Below, one piece after another: positions 28,508 to 38,422 of a DNA stretch of 64,000 nt (position 1 is its first letter; each line of letters opens with the position of its first letter). The translations under genes and the position numbers were made by a program. Origin of the DNA: an uncultured delta proteobacterium. Its GTDB lineage: Bacteria > Desulfobacterota > Desulfuromonadia > Geobacterales > Geobacteraceae. The notes under the pieces were generated by a model. That model was given only the letters and a program-made list of their open reading frames with translations. It did not search any database and was not told the DNA's origin. The stretch is from positions 1,983,122 through 2,047,121 of the forward strand of contig CAVVIJ010000004.1 of assembly GCA_963748325.1 (NCBI GenBank). The letters are read 5' to 3'.

Positions 28508-29170
28508 GTGAAACTATTAACTGCGCTTTTTGTGTTTACCCAGATGACTATCAATTTAGCCATAGCTGGTGACATTCAGAAACTCATTATCCCTCCGTGT
28601 GAAAGTCAAGGTTGTTATGTGGTCGCTAAGAAAATAACCTTACCAGAAGCAATTGATGCCAATAATCTAAAAATCCGTATAGGCTCTCTAGTTGTGACAA
28701 TTCCTCCTGATGTCACAAGAATTGATCTTTTTAAATCAGTAACTATCTTTAATTATGATACTACTCCCAATATCATGATCTCAACTGAAACAGACGAAAC
28801 ATTTCCTCTAACTAAATCAGCATCAAAATTTATCTCTTTATCCGAAGCTATGGAAATAATATTCACCAAAACTCCTAAAGACCGTGACTTAACCGGAAAA
28901 TACGACAATGACTTGTTGAGCAAATTAATGCTAGTCAAGCAAGGACTAATGGACAAATCTAATAAAGCCTATGTTTATGACAAAGGTAGAATAAAAATCT
29001 ATTATGCCCCCAAAGGTGGTGACCCTCACAAAAATTTTGCCTGGGCCATTGACTCAAAATATCCTAATGTTGCTATCCGACTGGAGAGCGATCTCCACCA
29101 AAATGACTTCATAAAAATGCTGTATTCAATAGCCCTGTTTAAAGCAAGGGAGAAAAAACTATGCCATTAA
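28508..29170 (+). CDS. hypothetical secreted protein (AT-rich cassette, gene 1)
   Basis: GTG at 28508 after GGGAG gives VKLLTALFVFTQMTINLAIAG, a signal-like N-terminus. The listed ORF starts at 28403. I recognise no family. Confidence 0.5.
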   Translation: MKLLTALFVFTQMTINLAIAGDIQKLIIPPCESQGCYVVAKKITLPEAIDANNLKIRIGSLVVTIPPDVTRIDLFKSVTIFNYDTTPNIMISTETDETFPLTKSASKFISLSEAMEIIFTKTPKDRDLTGKYDNDLLSKLMLVKQGLMDKSNKAYVYDKGRIKIYYAPKGGDPHKNFAWAIDSKYPNVAIRLESDLHQNDFIKMLYSIALFKAREKKLCH

Positions 29171-29487
29171 GTCTATTGGAGCAGCAAAACTTGCGAATCA
29201 TTGTGGAAGCTTTTTTCGGCAAACAAGATACTGCACACTGGGAAATGAATGAAGAGTTGTTGGATGTCGTCACAAAAATGATTGCCGCCAGCAAATCCTG
29301 TTCAGAGGCAATGAATTTTGTTCCAAGACCTGGGGGTTATCTTTCTCCAGATGATGTCCGGAAAGAACTGGCTAGGATTGCTAAAAGAGAAATTCTGGGT
29401 GGTGTCGCTTCATATTGGATATGTGAAAATGTCGTAGCCTGGCAATGGAAACAAACAGCCGATGCTGCTGGACAGGGTGCCCCTTGA
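29161..29487 (+). CDS. hypothetical protein (AT-rich cassette, gene 2)
   Basis: 108-aa ORF whose ATG overlaps the end of the upstream ORF by 10 nt. I recognise no family. Confidence 0.45.
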   Translation: MPLSLLEQQNLRIIVEAFFGKQDTAHWEMNEELLDVVTKMIAASKSCSEAMNFVPRPGGYLSPDDVRKELARIAKREILGGVASYWICENVVAWQWKQTADAAGQGAP

Positions 29488-29527
29488 TTCAGGGGTCATG
29501 GCCATTAGGCCAGCAAGCCTACGGGAC

Positions 29528-29550
29528 CAGGTCTTGAAATATAAGCTTTT
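29528..29550 (+). repeat. R1 copy 5
   Basis: CAGGTCTTGAAATATAAGCTTTT, identical to copy 1. Confidence 0.85.
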
Positions 29551-29679
29551 GGGGGATGGGGCTGTCTATTTTGAGGGCAAAAAAGAAAAAGGCCCCTGAC
29601 TGTATAAGCCTGGGACCTTTTTCTGTTCAGCATCGGCAGCAGTTTCATGCCGCCAATCCATATTCGGTTACAGCATTAT

Positions 29680-29952
29680 TTACTCCGCAGTCGTAGGATC
29701 AATCATGCGCTTGACCTCGGCCACGCTGTTTGCCGGGAAGCCGCCCTTACGGGCATGCTCAAGCACCATCTCCTCATTGGGAGCAATATAAATACAATAA
29801 ATTTTGTCTTCTGTAACGTAACTCTGCACCCATTGAACCTGCGGTCCAAGCTCGCTCAGAACGCTGCACGACTTCTGTGCAATGCCCTGCATGTCTGCCG
29901 CCCCAATTTGTCCTGCCCCTGGAATCTCTCTCTCAATGACATACTTCGGCAT
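29680..29952 (-). CDS. DUF4242 family small protein
   Basis: MPKYVIEREIPGAGQIGAADMQGIAQKSCSVLSELGPQVQWVQSYVTEDKIYCIYIAPNEEMVLEHARKGGFPANSVAEVKRMIDPTTAE. AAGGAGG lies upstream. The listed ORF extends to 30012 without an RBS. Confidence 0.8.
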   Translation of the reverse strand: MPKYVIEREIPGAGQIGAADMQGIAQKSCSVLSELGPQVQWVQSYVTEDKIYCIYIAPNEEMVLEHARKGGFPANSVAEVKRMIDPTTAE

Positions 29953-29984
29953 ACTCGTCCTCCTTAGATTTGGGTTGAAATTAA

Positions 29985-30008
29985 TACCGAACGAACATTC
30001 GTTTTGTA
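29985..30008. promoter_or_regulatory. palindrome TACCGAACGAAC-ATTCGTTTTGTA (core CGAACATTCG) in the DUF4242/TetR divergent region
   Basis: Read directly. It lies ~35 nt upstream of the DUF4242 start. A second palindrome, ATGGAAAtttcatgTTTCCAT, follows at ~30038-30058. Confidence 0.5.
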
Positions 30009-30223
30009 CCATGTCAAAAAAGAAATTGCAATGGAAATTTCATGTTTCCATTCCGTCAATTTGTGGAACGGCACTGATGCAGGTCCTGTATTGTCCCTGA
30101 GGGAGCATGCAGTAGCAGGTACTTCCTCCGCGGGCAAAAGAATTTGCCATGTCAGCGCAAAGGGTGCTATAAATGGCTCAAATCTTGAGTCAGCTTTTCT
30201 TTCCTACCAACACAGAGGACCCG

Positions 30224-30835
30224 ATGGGCAGGCGATTAAAAAAATCCACTGAAAACGTAAACCTCCAGCAGACCATTCTTGATACAGCCTTGAAGTTATT
30301 TACCACCAAAGGGTATTTCAACACCTCGATTCAGGATATCAGGCGCGATGCCAATATCAGCATTGGTGCCGTCTATCATTATTTTGCCGGCAAAGAGGAA
30401 CTTGCCTCCGCTTTATATGATTCTCTTCTGGAGAAGATTACGGCCGATTTTCTCGCAATCAAGAACAGCCATGATACCGCGCATGATCAATGCAAGGCCA
30501 TCATGGCGCATCTATTTGATCTCACCGAGTCAAATCCGACACAAATGGCGTTTATGCTGCATGCGAAACACAGCGAGTTTATGCCAATGGTCACTCCTAT
30601 TTGTTCTTCCCGACCATTTGCCATCATGCGTGAGATGGTACAGGAAGGTATCGAAAAGAAGGAAATAGTCGATCTGGATTTGACCATCGCCTCCAACTGC
30701 CTTTTCGGGGGCATGTTCAGGCTGATAAATCTGCGTCTCGATAATACCATCGCCGGACCTCTCCCCGAACAACTCGAAGATGTCTGGCAATGCTCCTGGC
30801 GCAGCATTGCCGCCAATCCCGGCAAAAACATCTAG
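30224..30835 (+). CDS. TetR/AcrR-family transcriptional regulator
   Basis: TILDTALKLFTTKGYFNTSIQDIRRDANISIGAVYHYFAGKEEL. The likely start is MGRRLKKS at 30224. Confidence 0.85.
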   Translation: MGRRLKKSTENVNLQQTILDTALKLFTTKGYFNTSIQDIRRDANISIGAVYHYFAGKEELASALYDSLLEKITADFLAIKNSHDTAHDQCKAIMAHLFDLTESNPTQMAFMLHAKHSEFMPMVTPICSSRPFAIMREMVQEGIEKKEIVDLDLTIASNCLFGGMFRLINLRLDNTIAGPLPEQLEDVWQCSWRSIAANPGKNI

Positions 30836-30892
30836 AATACTTTGCAGGTATCTCCCAAAAAACCTGCCGCAGCCGAAGAAGAAAGCAAATAA

Positions 30893-30904
30893 GCGAACAT
30901 TCGC
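30893..30904. promoter_or_regulatory. palindrome GCGAACATTCGC upstream of the second DUF4242 gene
   Basis: It has the same CGAACATTCG core as 29992-30001 and lies ~37 nt upstream of the ATG at 30941. Confidence 0.45.
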
Positions 30905-30940
30905 CCTGGTAAAATCCCAGATGCAACAAAGGAGGAAAGA

Positions 30941-31213
30941 ATGCCGAAGTACATCATTGAGAGGGAAATTCCGGGAGCAGGGTATATCTGCGGACCAGAC
31001 ATGCAGGCAATCTCGCAGAAATCCGCCACGGTTCTTCAAGGGCTTGGGCCGCAAATTCAGTGGGTGCAGAGCTATGTCACCGAGGACAAGATCTACTGCG
31101 TCTACATTGCCCCGAACAAGGAGATGGTCCTGGAGCACGCCAGGAAGGCCGGTTTCCCGGCCAACAGTGTCGCCGAAGTCAAGCGCATGATCGATCCGAC
31201 GACCGCGGAGTAA
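30941..31213 (+). CDS. DUF4242 family small protein (paralogue)
   Basis: MPKYIIEREIPGAGYICGPDMQAISQKSATVLQGLGPQIQWVQSYVTEDKIYCVYIAPNKEMVLEHARKAGFPANSVAEVKRMIDPTTAE. AAAGGAGG lies upstream. Confidence 0.8.
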   Translation: MPKYIIEREIPGAGYICGPDMQAISQKSATVLQGLGPQIQWVQSYVTEDKIYCVYIAPNKEMVLEHARKAGFPANSVAEVKRMIDPTTAE

Positions 31214-31444
31214 GACGAAAAGCGGGACATATCTATTTTTCTCTAACGAGCTACAAATGGATCTCTCCCGGGTTTCCTCAGCCCCGCAGTTTCAGAATTG
31301 TCACTTCTCTGCCTGCCCGGATGCCCCCCTACCTTATCGGAAGCTCACGACAAATCCATCTATCTCGATTTTTTTGATTTGCATCATGACAAGTACCGCG
31401 GAACATTGTTATTGTGATACCATCAACGATAGGGGGTACGAGCG

Positions 31445-32836
31445 ATGACACCAGGACAATTGGCTCTAAACGATAAAGATTGGACACACGAGGATGTAGC
31501 GGAAGACGGCCATGGTTCACTAACATCCGGAGAAGAGATAAGCGTGGCTGCTGCATTTCGCCCGCTCCCTTCACGACTTTTCGTGGAAACCACGACCCGC
31601 TGCAACCTGAAGTGCAGCATGTGCGTGAAGCAAACCGAAGACTGCGGGATCATTGAGGGAGATATGCCGTCTGACATCTTTTCCGCCCTGGAACCGGCCT
31701 TTCCCTCTCTTGAGACCCTTGTCCTGAACGGGATCGGCGAGCCTCTTTTGCACCCGGAGCTGGAAAACTTCATTCGAAAAGCCAAGGCAGCGATGCCGCA
31801 GGGAAGCTGGATCGGCTTTCAATCGAACGGCCTCGAGCTCGATGAAGAGCGTGCCGCCTCTCTGGTCGCAGCCGGCCTTGACCGGATTTGCCTGTCCATG
31901 GACTCCCTGTCCGAGGACGTCTTCCGTGACATACGGGAAGGTGGCGAAGTCCAGGATATGGAAAAGGCATTTGCCGCACTCAGAAAAGCAAAGACAACGG
32001 CAGGCCGCGATCTCCAGATCGGCGTCGAATTCGTGGTAATGCGCGACAACGCCCACGAGCTGCCGGAGGTTGTGCGCTGGGCGACGAAACAGGGAGCGTC
32101 CTTTGCCATTGTTACCCATCTTCTTCCCTACGATAACGAGCATGCCAAGAAAATTGCCTATGACCTCAATTCAGAGCAGGCACTGGCGTTTTTCCAGGAA
32201 TGGAAGGAACGGGCAGAGCGGGAAGGGATCGACCTGAAAACCTACTTCAAGGTCAGGTGGAATTTTCTGCGCTCACCGGAAGAGGAACGGGTGGTCGAGT
32301 TCGTTACGGCCATGCAGGCCGAAGGACGAGCTCGCGGCATCTCGTTTCACATGAAGAATCTGATGACGCGGGACGAGAAGTGGCTGGAGCGGCTGAAAGA
32401 GATTTTCGCCGAAGCAGCGAGGACGGCACAGGAAGTCGGCCTTGACCTGTCCCTTCCGGCGATCATCCCGAAAAACAACACCGGGTGCGAATTTGTCGAC
32501 AACGGGAGCGCGTTCATTTCCTGGAACGGCGACGTCCACAACTGCTACTTCCTCTGGCACAAATTCAGCTGCTGGTATTACGGGCAGAAAAGGCACGTCA
32601 ACAACAAGTCCTTCGGCAACCTGGCCGAGGAGGGGATTCAAGAGATCTGGAACAGCCCGGCCTTCATCAAGCACCGGAAAGGAGTCCTGGGAAAGGACTA
32701 TTCCACCTGTTCCGACTGCAACGTAACCCCCTGCGACAACGTGTACAAGGAGGATTTCGAACACGACTGCTTTGTCAACTCCGTGCCCTGCGGAAGCTGT
32801 TTCTGGTCGAAGGGGCTGTTCAGGTGCCTGCAGTAA
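31445..32836 (+). CDS. radical SAM protein with a C-terminal Cys-rich SPASM-like domain
   Basis: TTTRCNLKCSMCV (CX3CX2C). C-terminus: GCEFV..HNCYF..CSDCNVTPC..CGSCFWSKGLFRC. 463 aa. Confidence 0.85.
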   Translation: MTPGQLALNDKDWTHEDVAEDGHGSLTSGEEISVAAAFRPLPSRLFVETTTRCNLKCSMCVKQTEDCGIIEGDMPSDIFSALEPAFPSLETLVLNGIGEPLLHPELENFIRKAKAAMPQGSWIGFQSNGLELDEERAASLVAAGLDRICLSMDSLSEDVFRDIREGGEVQDMEKAFAALRKAKTTAGRDLQIGVEFVVMRDNAHELPEVVRWATKQGASFAIVTHLLPYDNEHAKKIAYDLNSEQALAFFQEWKERAEREGIDLKTYFKVRWNFLRSPEEERVVEFVTAMQAEGRARGISFHMKNLMTRDEKWLERLKEIFAEAARTAQEVGLDLSLPAIIPKNNTGCEFVDNGSAFISWNGDVHNCYFLWHKFSCWYYGQKRHVNNKSFGNLAEEGIQEIWNSPAFIKHRKGVLGKDYSTCSDCNVTPCDNVYKEDFEHDCFVNSVPCGSCFWSKGLFRCLQ

Positions 32837-32845
32837 AACCAGAAA

Positions 32846-32929
32846 CACTCATCGTATTTCAATCGCAAGGCGGCCAATCGGCCGCCTTTTCTGTTCCAAT
32901 CTATCTCCCCACCGAATACCACGTCCCCT
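32846..32929 (-). repeat. module copy: leader + hairpin + last 9 codons of the remnant
   Basis: cactcatcgtatttcaatcgcaaGGCGGCCAATCGGCCGCCttttctgttccaatctatctccccaccgaataccacgtcccct. The minus strand reads ..QGTWYSVGR*. It starts 10 nt after the radical SAM stop. Confidence 0.75.
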
Positions 32930-33336
32930 GAGCAATAGTCCGGGAAGTTGAACCACCCAAAAAGCCGGGTATACTGGATTGAGCGCCGCCCGGCATCGCT
33001 GAGAATCTCGACCGCCGGGCCAAACTGATCGTAATTTTTCGCGCAGCGGGCCATGCGCTCTCTGAGATCACATACACTCAATATTCCATATCTATCTGTT
33101 TTTACGAAAAGTAGCATACTCGTTCAATACAGCCATACCATCAAGCCTGATTCCGCCAGACTGAATTTTTGCGAACCATTTCTGCAATCAGGCCTGAATT
33201 TACCAGGATCGTTCAACCACTCCCGGCTCTTTCAGACGTACGCTACAACCAGAAAAAAAGGGAAATAACAATTCGGCCACGCGCTGGTTGTTGATGGCGT
33301 AACACCCTTAGATACGACAAAACCGAGGAGGCATCG

Positions 33337-33798
33337 ATGATTGCACTGGTGGTAAACGGCAAGAAGCACTATGTAAAGGCCAGCCCGGACACACCGCTTC
33401 TCTGGGTGCTCAGGGACGAACTGAAGCTTACCGGCACCAAGTACGGCTGCGGTGAGGGGTTGTGCGGGGCCTGCACGGTTCTTATCGACGGAAAAGCCGA
33501 ACGTTCCTGCATCACGCCGGTCAAGGACGTTCAGGGGAAACAGGTGGTGACCATCGAGGGGATTCCGGAGCATCACCCGGTCAAAAAGGCGTGGCTGGCA
33601 GATGAGGTCTCCCAGTGCGGATACTGCCAACCGGGGCAGATCGTACAGGCCGTTTCTCTCCTGAACGAAAAACCCCATCCCAGCGACGCGGATATAGACA
33701 GCGCCATGGAGGGAAACCTCTGCCGCTGCGGTACCTACCAGCGGATCAGGTCGGCAATCCATACAGCCTCTGCAGCCGGGAAAGGAGGGCGACCATGA
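33337..33798 (+). CDS. (2Fe-2S)-binding small subunit of a molybdenum hydroxylase (IorA-like)
   Basis: [17 protein letters not shown] and CGYCQPGQI cluster motifs; 153 aa. Confidence 0.9.
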   Translation: MIALVVNGKKHYVKASPDTPLLWVLRDELKLTGTKYGCGEGLCGACTVLIDGKAERSCITPVKDVQGKQVVTIEGIPEHHPVKKAWLADEVSQCGYCQPGQIVQAVSLLNEKPHPSDADIDSAMEGNLCRCGTYQRIRSAIHTASAAGKGGRP

Positions 33799-35963
33799 GC
33801 GAGGTACTAAAGGTCAATCGTCGCGATTTTCTCAAGACCGGCGCAGTGGTCGGAGGGGGGCTGATCCTCGGCATGCACCTTGCCGGACTCGATTCCGCCC
33901 TGGCTGCCGCATCAAAACCGGCTGAATTCGTTCCCAACGCCTTTATCCGGGTCGACCGGGACGGATTCGTTACCTTTATCATCAACCACACCGAGTTGGG
34001 ACAGGGGACATCCACCGCCCTTTCCATGCTCATTGCCGAGGAACTCGAATGCGACTGGACCAAAGTCCGGTTTGAATTTGCCCCGGTTGCCCCGGTCTAC
34101 AACAACCCAGCTTTCGGTGCACAGGGGACCGGTGGGAGCACCGGTACCTGGACGGAGTTCGACAGGTTGCGCACGATGGGCGCTTCCGCCCGCGAGATGC
34201 TGATCGCTTCTGCGGCAAAGACATGGCACGTCAATCCTGCCGACTGCCGCGCCGAGAACGGCCGTGTGCTCCACAAGGGGGGTACATCCGTTGCCTTCGG
34301 GAAGCTTGTGGACCTGGCCGCAAAGATGCCTGTGCCGAAGCATGTGAAGCTGAAGGATCCCAAAGACTGGAAATTGATCGGGAAGCCCATCCACCGTCTC
34401 GACAGTCCGGCAAAGGTGGCGGGAATCGCAGAGTATGGCCTCGATGTGGCAATCCCCGGAATGCTGACGGTCCTGATCGCCCATCCGCCGGTCTTCGACG
34501 GGAAGGTGAAGAGCTTCAACGCAGACCGGGCCAAGGCGGTTTCCGGCGTCAAAAAGGTGGTTCAGGTCCCTGCCGGCATTGCTGTGGCGGCAACCTCCTT
34601 CTGGGCTGCACTCAAGGGGAGAGAGGCGCTTGAAATAGTTTGGGACGAGGGGAAATGGGCAAGGCTTGATACGTCGGAGATTGTGAAGGATTATGCGGCA
34701 AAGGCCGCTACACCCGGACTGGTCGCCCGTAAAGAAGGTGAGCCTGAGAGCGCTTACGGCGGTGCTGCCCGGAAACTATCCGCGAATTACAGCGTACCGT
34801 ATCTTGCCCACGCCTGCATGGAACCGTTAAACTGTGTTGTGGATATCCGGAAAGACGGCTGCGAGATCTGGACCGGCACCCAGTCCCAGACATCGGACAG
34901 AGATGCTGCTGCCAGGGTCCTTGGTCTCAAGCCGGAAAAGGTTACTTTGCACACCACCTTTGCGGGTGGAGGTTTCGGTCGCCGGGGCTCTTCCCGCAAC
35001 GATTTCGTGGTGACTGCCGTGGAGGCAGCAAAGGTGATCGGAAAGCCGGTGAAGGTTGTCTGGACCCGTGAAGACGACATGAAGGCGGGTTATTACCGAC
35101 CCCTCTGGTATGACCGGATACTGGCCGGCCTCGACGAAAAAGGAAACCTGACAGCCTGGTGGCACACCATCGTCGGCCAGTCGCTGATTGCCGGCACTGC
35201 CTTGGAACCGGCCATGATGAAAAACAGCATCGATGCTACCTCCGTTGAGGGTGCAGCGGACATCCCCTATGCAATCCCCAATATCCTGGTTGACCTTCAT
35301 TCGCCGAGGTTCGGTGTACCGGTCCAGTGGTGGCGCTCCGTCGGCCACTCCCACACGGCCTTCGTGGTGGAGAGCTTCCTGGATGAAGCTGCCCATGCCG
35401 CCGGGAAGGATCCGTTCGAATTCCGCCGGGCGCTCCTGGCGAATAAGCCCCGTCACCGGGGGGTACTGGAATTGGCGGCGGAGAAGGCCGGCTGGGGAAA
35501 ACCACTCCCGACCGGAATGGGGAGGGGGATCGCCGTCCATGAATCATACGGCAGCTTCGTTGCCAATGTGGCAGAGGTTTCCGTCGACACTTCGGGGAAG
35601 GTTACGGTCCACCGCGTGGTCTGTGTCGTGGACTGCGGCAGGTATGTGAATCCCGATACCATTGCCGCCCAGATGGAATCGGGGATCGTTTTCGCCCTTT
35701 CCGCGGCCCTGTACGGCGAAATTACTCTTAAAAAAGGCCGGGTCGAGCAGTCCAACTACGATAGCTACCCGGTGCTCCGAATGAGCGAGACCCCCCGAGT
35801 GGAAACGCACATCGTCGCCTCCGCGGAGAAGCCGGGAGGGATCGGCGAGCCGGGAGTCCCTGCGGTAGCGCCGGCCGTTGCCAACGCCATCTTCGCGGCA
35901 ACGCACGTACGGGTTCGGACTCTCCCCATCAGGTCCGTAACACTCGGGAAAACAAAGGGTTAA
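33795..35963 (+). CDS. molybdopterin-dependent oxidoreductase large subunit (IorB-like) with a twin-arginine signal
   Basis: ATG at 33795 overlaps the upstream stop (ATGA). [23 protein letters not shown]. 722 aa. Confidence 0.88.
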   Translation: MSEVLKVNRRDFLKTGAVVGGGLILGMHLAGLDSALAAASKPAEFVPNAFIRVDRDGFVTFIINHTELGQGTSTALSMLIAEELECDWTKVRFEFAPVAPVYNNPAFGAQGTGGSTGTWTEFDRLRTMGASAREMLIASAAKTWHVNPADCRAENGRVLHKGGTSVAFGKLVDLAAKMPVPKHVKLKDPKDWKLIGKPIHRLDSPAKVAGIAEYGLDVAIPGMLTVLIAHPPVFDGKVKSFNADRAKAVSGVKKVVQVPAGIAVAATSFWAALKGREALEIVWDEGKWARLDTSEIVKDYAAKAATPGLVARKEGEPESAYGGAARKLSANYSVPYLAHACMEPLNCVVDIRKDGCEIWTGTQSQTSDRDAAARVLGLKPEKVTLHTTFAGGGFGRRGSSRNDFVVTAVEAAKVIGKPVKVVWTREDDMKAGYYRPLWYDRILAGLDEKGNLTAWWHTIVGQSLIAGTALEPAMMKNSIDATSVEGAADIPYAIPNILVDLHSPRFGVPVQWWRSVGHSHTAFVVESFLDEAAHAAGKDPFEFRRALLANKPRHRGVLELAAEKAGWGKPLPTGMGRGIAVHESYGSFVANVAEVSVDTSGKVTVHRVVCVVDCGRYVNPDTIAAQMESGIVFALSAALYGEITLKKGRVEQSNYDSYPVLRMSETPRVETHIVASAEKPGGIGEPGVPAVAPAVANAIFAATHVRVRTLPIRSVTLGKTKG

Positions 35964-35993
35964 AGGGCGTTATATTTTTGCGGAGGTGTGTAC

Positions 35994-37019
35994 ATGATGA
36001 TGAAAGAGATCCCTGTCCGGGATGCGGTCGGGCACGTGCTTATCCACGACATCACGCGCATAGTACCGGGTGAGTCCGCCGACCGGGCCTTCAAGAAGGG
36101 GCACATCATCCAGGAGAATGATATCCCGACACTCCTCGATCTCGGCAAGGATAACATCTACGTCCTCGATCTGGAGGAAGGCTACGTCCACGAAAACGAG
36201 GCGGCCCGGAGGATCGCCAGGGCCGTGTCCGGCAACGGCATTCGCATGAGCGAGCCGTCTGAAGGCAAAGTAACCATGAAAGCGATCTCCCGGGGTCTGC
36301 TCAAGGTAAATATCGATGCCCTGTACCGGATCAACGAGATCGATGAGATGGCCCTGGCAACTCTTCATGGCAACCGTTGCGTCGAGGTCGAGGCCAAGGT
36401 GGCCGGAACAAGGATAATCCCGCTCTTCACCGAAGAGGAACGGATCCTGAAAGTGGAAAAAATTGCCCGGGAAAACTATCCGGTACTCGAGATCAAGCCT
36501 TTCAGATCCATCAGGGTCGGTCTGATTACCACCGGCAACGAGGTCTATCACGGCCGGATCGAGGACAAGTTCGGTCCGGTCGTAATCGACAAATTCGAGA
36601 ATCTCGGCAGCAGCGTGATGAAGCAGATCCTGGTCCTCGACAACATTCCGATGACGGTGGCCGCAATCCACGAACTAATCAACGAGGGTGCGGAGATGGT
36701 CGTTGCAACCGGCGGAATGTCGGTCGACCCGGACGACCGCACCCCGGCCAGTATCCGCGCCGCCGGTGCGAACGTGGTCACCTACGGCTCCCCCACCTTT
36801 CCCGGCGCCATGTTCATGCTGGGCTACATCGGCGAGGTTCCGGTCATCGGCATTCCTGGATGCGCCATGTACAAAAAGACCACGGTCTTCGACCTGATCG
36901 TTCCCCGAATCCTTGCCGGTGATAAAGTTACCAGACAGGATCTCATCAAACTGGGGCATGGAGGTCTTTGCTCGGCATGCCCGGAATGCCATCACCCCAA
37001 TTGCGCATTCGGCACCTGA
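35994..37019 (+). CDS. molybdopterin-binding (MoCF_BD, MoeA-like C-terminal) protein
   Basis: GGAGG 7 nt before the ATG at 35994. ..LITTGNEVYHGRIEDKFG..VVATGGMSVDPDDRT.. C-terminal CSACPECHHPNC. Confidence 0.7.
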   Translation: MMMKEIPVRDAVGHVLIHDITRIVPGESADRAFKKGHIIQENDIPTLLDLGKDNIYVLDLEEGYVHENEAARRIARAVSGNGIRMSEPSEGKVTMKAISRGLLKVNIDALYRINEIDEMALATLHGNRCVEVEAKVAGTRIIPLFTEEERILKVEKIARENYPVLEIKPFRSIRVGLITTGNEVYHGRIEDKFGPVVIDKFENLGSSVMKQILVLDNIPMTVAAIHELINEGAEMVVATGGMSVDPDDRTPASIRAAGANVVTYGSPTFPGAMFMLGYIGEVPVIGIPGCAMYKKTTVFDLIVPRILAGDKVTRQDLIKLGHGGLCSACPECHHPNCAFGT

Positions 37020-37162
37020 CAAGACCGCACCAGGTGCCCGAGGATCGAGACTTTCCATTTCCCACCGAATACTGAATGGTTACGTCGATGCCGCGCTTTC
37101 TGACCATCGGACAATGTACCAATAGCCGACCGATGTAACGACATGTCTGCCATGAACCGGAG

Positions 37163-38422
37163 ATGCATCATATGTCTGGAATTAAACAGAACATAAAGGG
37201 AATATTTATTTGGATAGCCGCCATCCTGGCTGCGTTTGCACTGCTTCTCTACCTCGACTATGGCCATTTCAGCTCAAACGTCCCTTCCTCGAAGATACCG
37301 GCCAGCGCAAAGCCTGATTTCGGCTTGGTGGCCGAGGCGTGGAACACAATCCACAAGGTTTACGTTGACCGGCCTGCCGTGAAAAACCGGGCGTTGACTT
37401 ACGGCGCCATTAGCGGAATGGTGGACGCGCTGGGCGACACGGGCCACAGCGCCTTCCTCACGCCGGAGATGATTAAGGAAGAGAAGAAATTCACCCAGGG
37501 TCACTATAAGGGCGTGGGGATTGAAATAACGATGCGAAACGGGCATGTAGTCATAGTTACCACATTGGACGGGTCTCCCGCCCGGAAAGCGGGTCTGCAT
37601 TCCGGCAAGATGATAACCATGGTCGACGGAAGGGAAATCGCCGGACTGACATTGATGCAGGTGGTGAACCTCATTTCCGGGCCGGAGAGAACGCAGGTCA
37701 GGCTGACCGTACTAGATCCGGCGACCGGGAAATCGCGGGTCATTACACTGACCAGGGCTGCCATAAAAGTGAAAAACGTCCGATGGAGCAAACTCCCCGG
37801 CTTCGGCATAGCCCACCTGCGAATAGCGGGATTCAGCGATGGAGTGACCCGCGAACTGCGTAACGCCTTGCGGGAGATCAAGCGGCAGGGGATCCGCAAA
37901 ATCGTCCTCGACCTGCGCGACAATCCCGGAGGGGTGCTGGAAGAAGCCGTTGGGTGCACCAGCCAGTTTCTGAAGACGGGCAACGTCCTGCTCGTCAAGG
38001 ATGCGGCCGGACATGTTGCACCGCTTCACGTGATATCGGGCGGAGAAGGAACCGGCATCCCGCTGGCTGTTCTTGTGAACGGAGGAACCGCCAGCGGGGC
38101 CGAGATAATGGCCGGAGCGATACAGGACTACAAGAGAGGCGAATTATTGGGAACCGTAACTTTTGGCACCGGCACAGTCCTCGAAAGATTCAATCTCTCG
38201 GATGGATCGGCGATGTTGCTGGCAGTGGAAGAATGGCTTACTCCAGCGGGCCACACAATCTGGCACAAGGGAATTACGCCGGACGTTACTATAGATCTCG
38301 CCCAGGGTGTTTTCCCCTTTTTCCCCGACGAGGAGAAACGATCGACAAAGTCGGAACTTCTGGCCAGCAAGGATGCGCAGCTGCTGGCTGCCATACGGCT
38401 GCTTTCAGGCACAGGGAAATAG
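37163..38422 (+). CDS. S41-family C-terminal processing peptidase (PDZ domain)
   Basis: N-terminal TM, a PDZ-like GVGIEITMRNGHVVIVTTLDGSPARKAGL, and LVNGGTASGAEIMAGAIQD (Ser region). Confidence 0.88.
   Translation: MHHMSGIKQNIKGIFIWIAAILAAFALLLYLDYGHFSSNVPSSKIPASAKPDFGLVAEAWNTIHKVYVDRPAVKNRALTYGAISGMVDALGDTGHSAFLTPEMIKEEKKFTQGHYKGVGIEITMRNGHVVIVTTLDGSPARKAGLHSGKMITMVDGREIAGLTLMQVVNLISGPERTQVRLTVLDPATGKSRVITLTRAAIKVKNVRWSKLPGFGIAHLRIAGFSDGVTRELRNALREIKRQGIRKIVLDLRDNPGGVLEEAVGCTSQFLKTGNVLLVKDAAGHVAPLHVISGGEGTGIPLAVLVNGGTASGAEIMAGAIQDYKRGELLGTVTFGTGTVLERFNLSDGSAMLLAVEEWLTPAGHTIWHKGITPDVTIDLAQGVFPFFPDEEKRSTKSELLASKDAQLLAAIRLLSGTGK

Noticed and set aside
32698-33117. 139-aa minus-strand ORF downstream of the radical SAM gene.
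   Set aside because: Its 3' half merely reads through the module repeat and the antisense of the radical SAM 3' end in a non-native frame. The N-terminal 60 residues match nothing I recognise. It is possibly another gene stub.
33120-33336. Possible Moco riboswitch upstream of the Mo-hydroxylase genes.
   Set aside because: I found no convincing match to the conserved Moco motif elements by eye. It needs an Infernal scan.
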